From NCBI GenBank assembly GCA_022813865.1, contig JALDZX010000086.1, positions 1 through 60,131 of the forward strand: a stretch of DNA of 60,131 nt, given 5' to 3'. Position 1 is the first letter of the stretch. Each line of letters starts with the position of its first letter. The position numbers were made by a program, and so were the translations under genes. The stretch comes from Xylographa opegraphella (Eukaryota). The notes below the pieces were generated by a model, which was not told the origin of the DNA, did no database searches, and worked only from the letters and a program-made list of their open reading frames with translations. Of this stretch, positions 24,659-36,939 are shown one piece after another.

Positions 24659-25340
24659 TGCGGAGTGGTGGAAGAAAATCTTTTAATTGACCTGCAATGT
24701 GAAAAAGACGGATTTGTTCGCTGGTATTCTTCGTACGGAAACAATGAGAAGAGGAATTATCTGCCCCCTCATTCTGGTTTTCAGCGTTCTCTTTATACTC
24801 TCTTGGGTACAGACCTTCCACTAAAGAAAGTATGTAGTAGTGAAGTGTGGACAACATTGCGAATTCCACCACAGCCATAAGCAGCGTTGGCAAAAGCTGT
24901 GAAAAAAGGACAATACATAAATTCTAACCAATGGAGTACACTACACGACTCAAGCGCCGGTTGTTGACAAGCGCTGCCGGTAACGGTCTAACTGTTGCGT
25001 TTGCGTTTAGCGCTCCTTCAGCTCCAAGCCCGGTAAGCCCTGAGAGATGCTTACGAAAGTTATCCGCGAATCCACATACTTGTTGCGCCGTCTTAGCAAC
25101 CAGTGCCACTTCGTGATATTCTGATGTCTCAAGGCGCCTAGCTACCTCACTTCGAAACCGTTAACTGCAGGATTCTTTGTTGGACACTGAAATTCGTATC
25201 GCTCCAGTCCAGCGGGATAGCTGTCATCTCTGAATCTTCGTTTTCCGTGCTACAACTCGTTTGTTCTGTTCGTCCTTGTCGTGAAAAGGTCTGAAAGCTC
25301 GTTCATCCCAGTTCCTATCGCGTTCGGTCACGATAACAAT

Positions 25341-26250
25341 CTGGCTCATGAGAAGTGATTGGATGCCAATTCACCAGAACTGGTTGAAGCTCTCACTGCC
25401 ACGTGTATCAAGGGCGACTTATCTACTGTTCAGCAGCGACTAGCAAATAACGCTGACCTCCGTCCTTTTCAATCCCTTCTTGGGGCTGCAGCACGCTATG
25501 ACCAGTCTTCCATTGTATCCCACCTACTTCCGCGGGGTCTCAAGAATGACAGTGAAGCTCTTGACGGCGCAATTTCTTGCGGAAAGTCCAGCACATTCTC
25601 CCTGTTCGAACTTTTTCTTGACCATGGCTGGGATTAAAATGAGCCGCAAGGGATTTTTTTGGGTTTGTTAAGGTCGGTCTCTTCTATTCTCTCTTGAAAT
25701 GAGATATAGAGTTGAGTATCCCACTACAGAAATGTGTTCGACAACGAGCGGGTTGTTCGTTGGTTCCTAGCCAATGGCGCAGATCCCAACGGAACCAGCC
25801 CTCGCGGTGAAACTTCTTTCGATGCCGCAGGTGGCGCTGCCTCCATCCCTGTCCTTGAGCTCCTGCTACAGTATGGAGCAAACATCAAGTCTGGTGGAGT
25901 GCTGCAGCATGCAGTACGTAGCCGTAAATGCACTCCTGGTCGGTTCGAAGTGATAGAGTTCCTGCTAGACCGAGGCGCAGCAATCAATAAAATTGAGACC
26001 TTCCTGCTCTCAATGCGACTGCGACGATGGGGAACACCATTACATGTTGCGGCAACAAAAGGGGACGAAGAGGTGGTGAAGCTTCTGTTAAACAGGGGTG
26101 CTGACACGAGTATCTGAGCACAAGAGGCTGGACTGTTATGAGGAAAGCTAAGGACAAAGGGCATGAGAATATCGTGGCTATGCTGCGTAAGCATGAGCTG
26201 ATGGCTGGCCATAACAACAATAGAGGTAGGTGGAGCTTAAGCCACTTGTG
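25341..26250 (+). pseudogene. Ankyrin-repeat protein pseudogene, divergent from the deamidase-like gene
   Basis: Ankyrin motifs FELFLDHGWD, VVRWFLANGADPN, VLELLLQYGANI and GTPLHVAATKGDEEVVKLLLNRGAD. No in-frame ATG at the 5' end. In-frame TGA at 25356 and TAA at 25635; intron 25673-25729 keeps the frame. A 1-bp frameshift near 26114 is followed by another ankyrin-like stretch (GWTVMRKAKDKGHENIVAMLRKH). Confidence 0.8.
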
Positions 26251-27898
26251 AGCTTGCGAGTGGAATGATTACTTGACTGGTGGTTGCAGTGGTACGGACG
26301 AATACATGTTTTATGAAGTGACAGGGTTTTTTATGCATTGGTCTAGAATCTACACTATCTATTAAAAGGCACGTGTATTCGGATCAGGGCGGGGGCAACA
26401 GTAATCGTATATTCGGTGAAGTTCGGTATAGGCCACGAGAACGTGACATATACCTCCTACGCTAGTACTGAACTACGCTATACATAAATAGAACTAGCCT
26501 TCAGGTATTCCTTTATGCCTACCAGCAAGTGATGCTTCTACCAATTAACACTATCTTTATTTAACCCTATGTCCCAACCGCACGCTTTGACTCTGCGCGA
26601 ACCCACCAGCGCTGGCCATGAGCAATAATATGTGAGCACAGATGTTTTTCCCATCAATAATCACGATTTAGCACCTTCCAGTCCTGACATCTATGATCAA
26701 GACTGCACTTCTCTTGGCTCACAAACTACCCAGTACCGCATCTTGTCAACGAAAGCGGAAAAGCAAGATTGACACCAGCGAGGTGTCGATCGGAGCCGTA
26801 GCTCCATGACCTGCCAACTTGTCCTCCTTACTGCAAGAATTGAACTTGGCTCAACGTGTTCTCAAATAATTGACATTGCTTCCGTTGCGGGACCATACGC
26901 TATACCACGCCGACTGGCCAGGACCCTAAATCATACCCAACCAGAGATGAGTTCGTGGCAGCTTCTTGCCCACCAGTTCACGATACTCCTGCCGCTACCA
27001 ACATAACTCACCCCTGCGATACCGCAGGCCAAGACTTCAACATGACAAACCCTTATTCGAACGACTTCCACAGATCACCACGCGCTGCATTTGTATTAAG
27101 TGTCAGGCTATCATAGCTTCCGCTCTACGATCCTGGCCCAGCCGATCCATGGCTTTCATGACCTGGCCCGGAGCGTAAATCACTGCAAGGATTGCAACAC
27201 AGGATTCCAATTCCCTTCGCCCACGTGTCGAGCAGGACAGCTGCTCGTACTTGGCTAAGAACGTATAATGCGCCGGGTATGGAATTTTCTGCTTCAGCAC
27301 TGCGTCTATATATATCGTGGCTACGATGTGAGGAGCTCGCTTTCGGCTATGGATGCTTCGAGAATGATAACGGACAACGGTCACCAATCAGATGGATCGG
27401 CTGGTGGTAATGCTTAGGTGGAAGACACGAGTACACTGTACGCTGTATAAGTGAGGCACTCGATTTTACAAGTGGACTTTGGGGCAAAGGATATCATTTA
27501 TGGACGCAGCAAGCATTTGCCAGAGTGGCTTTGGCGAATTCATTCCAGGAGGGGTGGAGTGGCCGTCTGCTTGGCTGCTTTCGCGGTCGAATGTTCGATT
27601 ACAGTGAGACTTGAGCACATCTCCTGGGGACTGCGGACTGTAGATAGTAGCGACTCAAGTGATCGGAAGAGAGCTCCGAAATCCACGCATCATTCTGAGA
27701 GGTAGAGGAGAGTTGTGTTCAAAAGCAATCACCGGAATCCAAGCATCGCTCTGCGAGGTAGAAGGAAGATGAAATCGTTATCCGTACATGCACAGATAAC
27801 TGCCGTGAAACAGCAGTCTCTAGGGCTCAAAAGCTCCACAAATTCTCCACAACCCGTGTGCTGTAGGAAAGAGCAAAATTCCCACGCTGCTCTGCTTA

Positions 27899-29908
27899 TC
27901 ACAGCCGCTCGACAGCAGCATTGCTCCGTATCGGCCCACCATCTTTGCCGTATCCACTACTGAGCGCAAATTTCGCGGCCTCTTCCGACCGAGTAAAGGC
28001 CCACTTCCCACCCTCCCAGCCCTTTCTCCTCGTGATCCTTACTTTGATATCCGACACGGGCGGCAACACCGAAGTGCCCACATTGCTAGTGTTCTGCTTT
28101 GGCAGCAACCACTCCCCGTTGGAATCGACTTGGAGAGGAGCGATCTCATACCTCAGCACCAGCATGGCAACTACGGCCACCACTTCTGTGGTTGCGAAAT
28201 GGCGTCCGGGACAAAGGGTTGTCCCGCCTCCGAATGCGCGGAACGCCGCTGGATGGCGTTTCGCTTGCTCGTCGCCTTTCGGGTGCGTTTTCATGAAGCG
28301 GCGGGGGTCGAACTCTTTGGCTGAAGGGCCCCAGACGTCTGTGTCGGAATGGACGACGGCGCTGGGCATTTGGATGATGGAATCCTTCTTCAGTAGGTAG
28401 CGGTCCGCGAGTATGGTGTCCTCGAGAACGCACCGTGCGGTGACGCCGTGGGTGAGACACCGGAGGACTTCTTGAAAGGTCGAGAGCAGCAAGGGGCATG
28501 CTACTTTGAGTTTCGTGATGTCCATCGTCCGCACGAGTCCACCGCCGTCGGGTTTGTCTTCGGTGAGGAGAATATCTGCGAGCTCCTTACGGACATCTTC
28601 TAACAGTAGAGGGGATGAGTAAATGTGGCAGATGGTCCAGAACGTAGAGGGAGCGGTGTTCACTAGAATACCAAACACATTCGAAACCTCGAAACGGGCT
28701 TGGTCTTCGATTGAGATGCCGTACTTTGTGTTGTTTTCGTGGCGGACCTTAACCATGGCTGATGCGTCGTCAATTCCACAGTTTTTGAAGTATGAGATAA
28801 ATGCACGGATGCAGGTCTCTCGTGCTCTGTAGGCCTTTGGAGTGGTTATCGCTGGTACGATGTTCACAAGAATCATCGTTAAATTTGCTTCGATGGTCCT
28901 GCGAGTTGTGTGTCAGTGATAGATCTCTACATAAGGAAACCTCGGTCACAGGAGATTGGTAAAAGAAACTTCAATTGACTGCGACAGACGAGTGGGTATT
29001 ATAGTCAAATGTTATACAGCGAATTGAATTTTCATTACGGACTTTGAGCGTAAATTATCACTAATAAGATAGCTGACGAAAATCATCTAAGGTCTGCAGT
29101 CTTGTTGTATAGCAAGCATCATTGTAGCGCTTGTTGGGGACTCAGCTGAAGTGATGGAATGGAATGAAATGAGATTCGTAGTTACGTTAACATGGTAGAG
29201 ACCTACCAAAATGCCGCTTCAATCTCTGGAGCTTTGAATGGATTCAAGCACCCGAAGAATGCATTTGTACTGGCTCGTGTGATTGTATGCCGAGTCCATA
29301 CATACAGGTTCGCTACCATTCCCTCTCCACAATCAAGACTGTCAAGCATCGCCGAACACATTAGCAAGCATCTTCTCATTCATTCCGTCCAAGATAGGTC
29401 CTGGGGTAAGGGTCGCACGCATGGCACTTATGGTGTCGTGAGTGATGCCCCTGTCTCCATTTGCTCTATTGGAATGATATCTCACAGCTTCGATGCCGTG
29501 CTTGGAAGGAACCGAAAGACGTTCGCTGACACTGGTGATGATTGGATCGAAAGAAAACGTCTTTGGCGCTCGCTGAATGGCCGTGATGAGGTCGGGATCG
29601 TTCACAACATACGTACGCCCACCAAGTATTCTAAGCGTGTAGATAGGAAACGGATGCCGGGCACTAATGACCATCTTAGCTGAGAATCTTCAGCAGAGCT
29701 TTCTAGGAGTAATGGTAAACCTGATGGAGTTGTAGTATTTATTTCCATGGCGGATCAGCTCGAGAATATGCCCAACGAATGGTACTGTCTGGGGAATCAA
29801 AGGAGGCTCCTTTGGGTCGTACCTGAATTCTTTGAAGTGATTGAAGAGAAAAATCAATACCGCAGCCAACAGAAGAAAAACCGGTGTAGTCTGCAAGTAT
29901 TGATTCAT
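27899..29908 (-). pseudogene. Cytochrome P450 (CYP7/CYP8-like fungal group) with a +1 frameshift: pseudogene or assembly error
   Basis: N-terminal anchor plus EPPLIPQTVPFVGH, I-helix GILVNT, EVLR, FDPRRF and heme motif FGGGTTLCPGR. Introns 29720-29664 and 29206-28899. Exon 2 reads ...MLANV, then one extra base at 29355/29356, then SAMLDSL...LYVWTRHTITRASTNAFFG.LNPF..AFW. Confidence 0.85.
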
Positions 29909-30498
29909 GATAAATAGTGCCTCAACCAGAAGACTGGATCATTATGGAAAATTAACAAAGAAGAGTGAGACTTTGTGCTTGAAGTTTTCTCGCAACTGGT
30001 AGTCAGTGGCGCTAGGAAGGCAGGAAATCGAGCAGAAAGAAACAGCAGACAGGTCACGGGTTCATTCACGTCGACATATCGCAAGGGTCTGTTTTCGTAG
30101 CGGAGAAGCTTTATAATATACCCGAAACACAAGAGTTGCAAAAGGGACGGTGTGGTAATACTACTGTCTACCATCTACGCGTCTCTCGAATGCCAAGCGG
30201 AGTAGACTCGTACAACACGAACTGCGAGTGACACGAGTATTCCTATCGGTAATCTCGCTCCTTGAATGAATTAACTTGCATTATTCTCGGATTATCCACA
30301 GCGATTAGCTGCTAGATCTGTCTAATTTTGCAGAACTCTTCCGGATTCCCACCACCAACTTTTAAACCCAGAATTATTCGTGCACACCTCCTATGCACTG
30401 GAGACCCATATAGACACGGATAAACACTGGTCGGAATTTTCCCATACCATACTATACAATTAGGCCAGCGTCCGTAGACAGGTATCGGAGGAACGTTC

Positions 30499-33400
30499 TC
30501 AAGCCTCTTCAGTAGCACTTCTATGTCTGTCTAGGAGAACTCCAGCGTCAAGGATGTCCTGCGCGTCTTCCTGATCCTCGCCCTCCATTTCGTCGTCGTC
30601 GTCACTGCTGGCAGCACTCTCATGTCGCAGCATCGATTTCGAGTCTTCCTCCGACACCCCTGGTCTTCTTCTACGCTCGAAATCCTGAGCGTGAGCTGCA
30701 GCCATGATCGTTCCCACTCGTACAATGCCCCTCTGTAAGGGCGAGTCGCTCGGCCTAGACTGAAGAATGTTTCGCCGGCGCATCGTCCCGGGCGACGAAG
30801 CAGACCCGCCCGTAGTTGCGCTTTCCAGATCAGCACCAGAGGACGCGTGTGGCCTTGATGGTCCTGGCGGGTGTTGTGGTTCGTTACGCTGGGGAGAAGG
30901 TGAATGCTCGTGATGGACTCTCTCAGATTGCTCCAGTGCCTCTGGTGATATATCATACGGCAAAGGCACGTCTCTGCTTGCCCTAAACCGACCAACGTTT
31001 GTACAATGCTCATTCTCAACCCGGAAGAGAGTCCATATTGCACGACGGCAAACTTCCGAGACACCTACGGCGAAGGACAAGATTGCGGAATGTTGGAGTT
31101 CTTGAGGGAAAATGGCGTAGAAAATCCAATTGAACCGAAGAATTGGATCTAGTATCATGGCAAGGTAATACACCCAAGGTCGTTTGTATCCTAGGACGCC
31201 ACGGAGAAAGGGGTGCTCTGCGTAAGGGTTTCCAAGACCTGCGAGAATTAGCCAGGCATTGGCTCAGTGTCAACAAAGGCTGCGTACTCCAGTCCATAGC
31301 CACATCCCACACAGCTTCTAGTTGTTAGCAATTGGAGTAAAGATATTTCGGGGGGATCAAGACTTACAGGTATATAAAGAATTAACTGTAGCACAAATGA
31401 TGAAAACCGCTTTTGTGGACACGGAATCATCGATCCGGTAAATGCTCAAAGTCATGTAAAATAGGATCGTGAAGAGATATTTACCACAATTAACGAGATG
31501 GGGAAACGCATTTCGGGTATCATAGTAACGGCGTAAGCATTGCAAAGCACGCCATATCCCTGGTAAAGCTGAAAAAAATCCGAGTAATCGCGAGTTTGTG
31601 GAATTGCACTGAGTCGGATTATCCCAATTACGAGCAGCGTATAAGCAGAAGAACAGTTCAACATTCTGTAACACAGTAAGTACAATTGAAACCCAGCAAT
31701 TTGTACAATACACTTACTCCTAGAGCGTATGTCTGCGAGCAATACATGTCACCCAAAAAGAAATCACGAAACTCGACCGGATAGAGGCCGGCCAGTAGCA
31801 ATCGGAACTGCACCCCATAAGCCAAATCTCAGGAACGTGGATCATAGCACTTACATTAGAATATGCCCACCACTGGCGGCTTCGATGATACAGGAGCGGA
31901 CCAGGAAAGAAAATCACTGTAAGTGTGATTCCGAGGAGTACGACGAACCAGTAGAGGAAAAAGGTATTGGCTCCGGATTGCTGAAAATTAAGCCACAGGA
32001 ACAGCCCTTCGAGGAAGAGAAAAAAGCAAGGAAGCTGGGATAAACTCTCAGCCAGGGCACTTTTGGATATGCAGGAAACTCACCTCGGCGAGTTGTCGCC
32101 AATCAAGGTTATGTCGGGTATCAAATTCGAAAATGAAGACGTAATTGATCTTAGCACGTGTCCATATACCACAGTCAAGGCAGAAAAGCAGAAAGAGCAA
32201 CACTCCCAGGAAGTATCCGCCATAAAGCTGTTCAAAGTTGATCAGTCAGACATCATTCCAACAATGTTCGAATGGGCTACGAACCTGCAGAAGATAGGTA
32301 GAGTTGAGTACAACCACAGGGTCTGGATTAGATAGGTGCTGTTTGGCATAAACAATGCCTTGAATACCAAGGACAATACCAGCTGCGACAAACAAGCCAT
32401 CTCGGAAGGTACTAGCATTATAGGAATTGTCCCGTGAGTGCTTGACTCGAAGCTTACCAACCGCAACTTTATGATTACCTCTTTCAAAATACCGAGCGTA
32501 CAGATCTTCTACGGCAACAATATGGCCCTCAAGAACTTCGCTCTGGACAAACCATGCTTTATTGACCTTCTCCGTGATGTATCGTCCGGTTGGCCTAGCA
32601 TTAACTACTTTGTCGTATTTCTTAATGATCTTCCTGAATGCTGTTCGATTAAGCAATGCGTAAGACTTCAGCAGTTCAAGGCCTCTGTAAAACTCTTGCA
32701 ATGCTAATTTCAACTTCCGTTTCGCGACCCGATATGGAACATCATCGTGATGCGTTGGACGACGTGTGAAGTCTCGCCATGATTCGTGCCAATGTTGAGG
32801 TTGCTGCTTCGGTACCGTTCCTGAAGGGACTTCCGAGTGTCCTAAGCCTCTGCTGGCTCTGCCAAACTGCTGACTACCAGCTCCAATGGCGTGCTCAATT
32901 GGCTTCATCCAGTTGAGCAACGGTAGACGTTGCTTGCCGTTGAAATCTTCCGGATTTTCCTGATTTATTAGACCTCTTGCTCTCTCGTGTTCTTGTTCTT
33001 GTCGAGCATGTTCTTTAGCTTTCTGAGCAGCTACCACCTCCTCCAATCGACGGTCACGCATTTGATGGAGCTGCTGTCTCAGAACCACCAATCTATCGGT
33101 GGCTTCTGCCTCTTTCATTTTGTAGAAGCTTTCGATCTTACCTAGTTCTTTATCAAGAAAGCCAAAGAAGTCAGCCTGTCGCATATCATAGTCTCGGTAT
33201 GCTTCGAGAGGAACATCTGGACTTGATGGGGACTCTGCACCAGAGACGGAGAACATACGTCTCAGGAATGGAGACCGGTGTGGTAGACTTAGCCCCTCAG
33301 GTATTGGAAAAGTTCCCTTCGGTTTATCAAGATTGCGATGTTTAGCTAGAAGAGGATTGGTATTTTTGGAAGGAATGTTTGTTTTCCCAACCTGGTATGC

Positions 33401-34158
33401 ATCTTCCGCCGTAGTTGCTGACCGCTTGATTGCTGGGGTGCTGTCGGTTCCTATTTTGCTTTTTCGCCATGCTCGATTGTGTCGAGGAAATGAATCCGTC
33501 GTAGTTGGTGAAAGAGCAGGATCAGGTAATTCGAGCATTGGTGGTGGTACTGCGGGTCGGTTAGGCGGCGACGAAATGATGCTGCCATAATTGGTAACAG
33601 TACCACTGTCCCACAGCGGACGATCGACATCATAGTAGCGTTTGTTTCCAGATACAGTGTGCGGAGGGGTCCCGCTGTAAGATGGTGAGAATTCGCCATT
33701 ATCTGCGGAGCTTGTCGCTCGCCGCGATGAATTGAGTAAGGTATTGCTTTCTCTTGACGACGTCTTTGGCTCATGCCCTGATTCCCGGCTGTTCCATAGG
33801 GTATCATCTAGCGACTCATCGAAAGTGAACGGCGAGCGGCTTTGTATGGGTAATTGGTAGGATGCAGAGGAGAATAAATTGGCTGGTCGTCTGCGACCGG
33901 GGGTTTTGGGGCTGCGACTGAGGTTACGAAATGCTCGAGCAAGGGATTTAACCTTCTTCTTGCCCAACTTCACAACATTCAATTAGCCGATCAGTCATAA
34001 GTTCGGAACCTGGTGTGCCGTACCTTGTAGTCCAAGTATTTCGCTCTCCATTCCGGCACGAGATCTTGCTCTAGCTCTCTGGGTGGACAGTGTCAGTAAG
34101 AAGATGTCATCCGCGACGACAGTGTAGAGATTGAATGAACCTACTTCGCGAACTTCAT
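30499..34158 (-). CDS. SYG1: SPX-EXS domain protein (Syg1/XPR1 phosphate exporter family), multi-exon
   Basis: MKFAK|ELEQDLVPEWRAKYLDYK, ELGKIESFYKMKE, ELLKSYALLNRTAFRKIIKKYDK (SPX domain). WRALQCLRRYYDT, HLVNCGKY, WDVAMDW, EVCRRAIWTLFRVENEH (EXS domain). Confidence 0.95.
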
Positions 34159-34405
34159 GGCGACGCAAGCTGATTACAACGAACGGATATTCAACCATGG
34201 TCGCGGATCATTCTGTGGTGGGCTTGTTAGAAGATCTTAATTGAACACGAAAATTTCTATTTTGAATCAGGAGAAGATGACAAGACGTCGCATAATCGTT
34301 CTAGGAGCGTTGATATGGGTCCAATATGCAGAGTTTACCTTAGAGGCCGCTCCGGCGCATATACAATTAATTTGAACTGTCGTCCTGTAAACGGTTGACG
34401 CAGAG

Positions 34406-34411
34406 CACGTG
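34406..34411. promoter_or_regulatory. CACGTG E-box about 250 bp upstream of the SYG1 start (possible Pho4/NUC-1/PalcA-type site)
   Basis: Exact CACGTG upstream of a phosphate-homeostasis gene. A single 6-mer can also occur by chance. Confidence 0.25.
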
Positions 34412-35041
34412 TTGTGGAACTGCTGCTCTAAGAGCACGCTAGCTGTGAGACCCCGCTAACGTATGCGCTAATGGTACGGATACGGGACTTACGGCTTCTT
34501 AGCCAACCCATCAATAGTCGGCGTAATGTATCGTGCAGTGGTTGTTGGAGAAACATTCCTCAATCTCTGTGCTCCCTCGTTCAAGCTTGCAATTCACCAG
34601 TCCGCGAATCATCGGCTTCAGCAAGACTAGACACAGGTACGGTAAGATCAGATTGCCAAACCAATGGCATCAGCTCTGCAAAGAGCTCCACCCTGGTCGG
34701 ATCGAGAGTGAGCACGAGACCGGGTTATAGCGTAAGAAACAATGATGGGCTTGCACTCTGCGGAACAAGAATATACATCGTAATGTGGATCAACGCCGAG
34801 TTATCCGCTTTCAGCACAGACCATCAGCAATTCTCACTCAGGAAAGCGTGGTGTATGTCACCATGGATTGTGAAAGTGATAGAGGTTGGAGGCATGCTTT
34901 TTGGGTTTACTATCTCTCTCTAGCTATCCAACACCATCTCTCAGATCAATGAGCATGCTTATCAGGTTGTCATCTATGACAGTCTCCCAGCTAGATCCCA
35001 AGTCATCGTACACGGCATCAGACATGACGGATAATGGGGCT

Positions 35042-35621
35042 CTAGTTGTTGTAGTTGTTGTAGTAGTTGTTGATTTGTGGAGGTGGGCCGTACTCATTGG
35101 GATTGTATTGATCGGCACCTGCGTTCTGGACATAGTGCTGATCGTACATGTTTCCGGCGCTCTCTGTCGCATGCTTGCGAGCCTCATATCGGTCGTACTC
35201 GTTCATGCCGTGGGTCTCGGCAAGCTTGTCGACTTCTCCACCAACAAAGCCAGCCAAGAGCTCCTTCGCAAACTGGTGGTTCACGGTCTTGCCTGGGAAT
35301 GGTCAGTAACTGAGATAGCTTGATGTGCAGACGATGAGTAAGGGTGTGCTGACTCACCCTCCTTGCGTTGGTGGTCTTCATAGAGCTTGAAGCCCTCGAA
35401 AGCAGCTCCGCCGGCAATCAGTTCGTGCGAGAACTTGCCCTTGTTATCGGGGTCGGGGTTGTCGTAACCTCCTCCCTGTTGATAGACTTCCTGGTGCGCC
35501 TGCTGAGCATCATCTGTTTTACCATTAAGATGTTAGCACCGGATTTGATGGCAAAGGGGAAAAGAGCGATGAAGTGCAACATTGACGAGCGGGGGTTAGA
35601 AGACTGACCCCAACCGAACAT
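35042..35621 (-). CDS. cipC: CipC-like protein (DUF3759), 3 exons
   Basis: Spliced product MFGW|DDAQQAHQEVY...KFSHELIAGGAAFEGFKLYEDHQRKEG|KTVNHQFAKELLAGFVGGEVDKLAETHG...MYDQHY. Confidence 0.9.
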
Positions 35622-36142
35622 GTTTGCGATGATGAGGAAGAGGTTTAGGCTCTAAGGTTTGTCTTGAAGCACAGTAGTTGAGGGTAGATGAGCTATCAGT
35701 GGTAGATTGGTCAATGAATGTGGAGAAGTGAGAAGTAGAGGAGGCAGACAGGAGTGTTTATATGTCTTCATTGTGGGACCAGCAGCTGAAACCCCTCCCT
35801 TGCCCCACCATCGACATCCACCACCCCCAGGCGCGATCATGCAATCACTCGCCAATAATTCACGTTGTCCAGGGGGTTCATCCGCTAAATTCACCACTCG
35901 ATCGCCCACCAACGAGTCAGGGTTCAGCCACTAGATGACGAAACTTGCCCGCGTACCTGTTCCAGCCAAGTCGTCGAGCTATTCCTATGCAGCGTCTAAA
36001 TAGACCGACACGCACCGTATCTTCAGCTGTACCAGGATAAACGCCCAACGACCTCAAACCTCCGTTTCGTACCTAGGGATTCTGCTTACGAAGCCGTGTT
36101 GCTAATACTCCAGGGAGTCACTAGAACGGGAAGGACGTGATT

Positions 36143-36877
36143 ATGCCTGGTCGGCTACCAACTACCTCGGATTTCTCCTCACACGTCGATTTGACCATCA
36201 CTCCGCCGCCGCCATCCCAAGCGCCCGTCAACGTTCTCATCCTGCTTCACGGTTTAGGAGACACAAACAACTCATTCACCACCCTGGGCAAACAATTGGC
36301 TCTTCCCGAAACAGCATGCATATCCCTCCAAGGCCCCACTCCGCTTCCATTCGACCTTGGGGGCTTCCACTGGGGGGATGATATCATCTTTGACCAAGCA
36401 ACTGGGCAGATGGAATTCGACACTGGATTCTCAAAGATCACACGCATTCTTACAAGCCTGCTTGAGACTTTGGTACATAAGTGTGGCTACCAGCCACGTG
36501 AGATCATCCTTTTCGGGTTTGGTCAAGGCGGAATGGCAACACTGGCTACAGCGGCATCCTTCGACGCAGAATTGGGCGGTATTGTCTCAATTGGGGGACC
36601 ACTGCCTTCGTCCCTGATTGCCGCCAGCAGCACATCCCCAAGCAAAAGTAAAACTCCCGTCCTTGTCTTGGGCGGCTCATCAAAGACGCTGATAACTCCG
36701 GATGCCGTCTCAAGATTGGGGTCGAGGTTCCACTATGTCGATTATAAAAAGTGGCCTGACAAAGTCGCAGATGGTATGCCGCGCAACCGCAATGAAATGC
36801 TACCACTCATGCAGTTCTTTTCGCGTCGACTTCGGAGCCGCGCAGGAGTACCAGAAGGAAGCGTGGAAATTGGCTGA
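36143..36877 (+). CDS. Phospholipase/carboxylesterase (Abhydrolase_2, APT1-like) family protein with degenerate active site
   Basis: LILLHGLGD, GFGQGG in place of GFSQGG, GGIVSIGGPLP, TPVLVLGG. Intronless. Confidence 0.88.
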   Translation: MPGRLPTTSDFSSHVDLTITPPPPSQAPVNVLILLHGLGDTNNSFTTLGKQLALPETACISLQGPTPLPFDLGGFHWGDDIIFDQATGQMEFDTGFSKITRILTSLLETLVHKCGYQPREIILFGFGQGGMATLATAASFDAELGGIVSIGGPLPSSLIAASSTSPSKSKTPVLVLGGSSKTLITPDAVSRLGSRFHYVDYKKWPDKVADGMPRNRNEMLPLMQFFSRRLRSRAGVPEGSVEIG

Positions 36878-36939
36878 CTTGTGATAGTCTCGAAAAGCGA
36901 GGGAATCGCTTGCTCTGGTTTTTCTAACCTTTCTTATCT

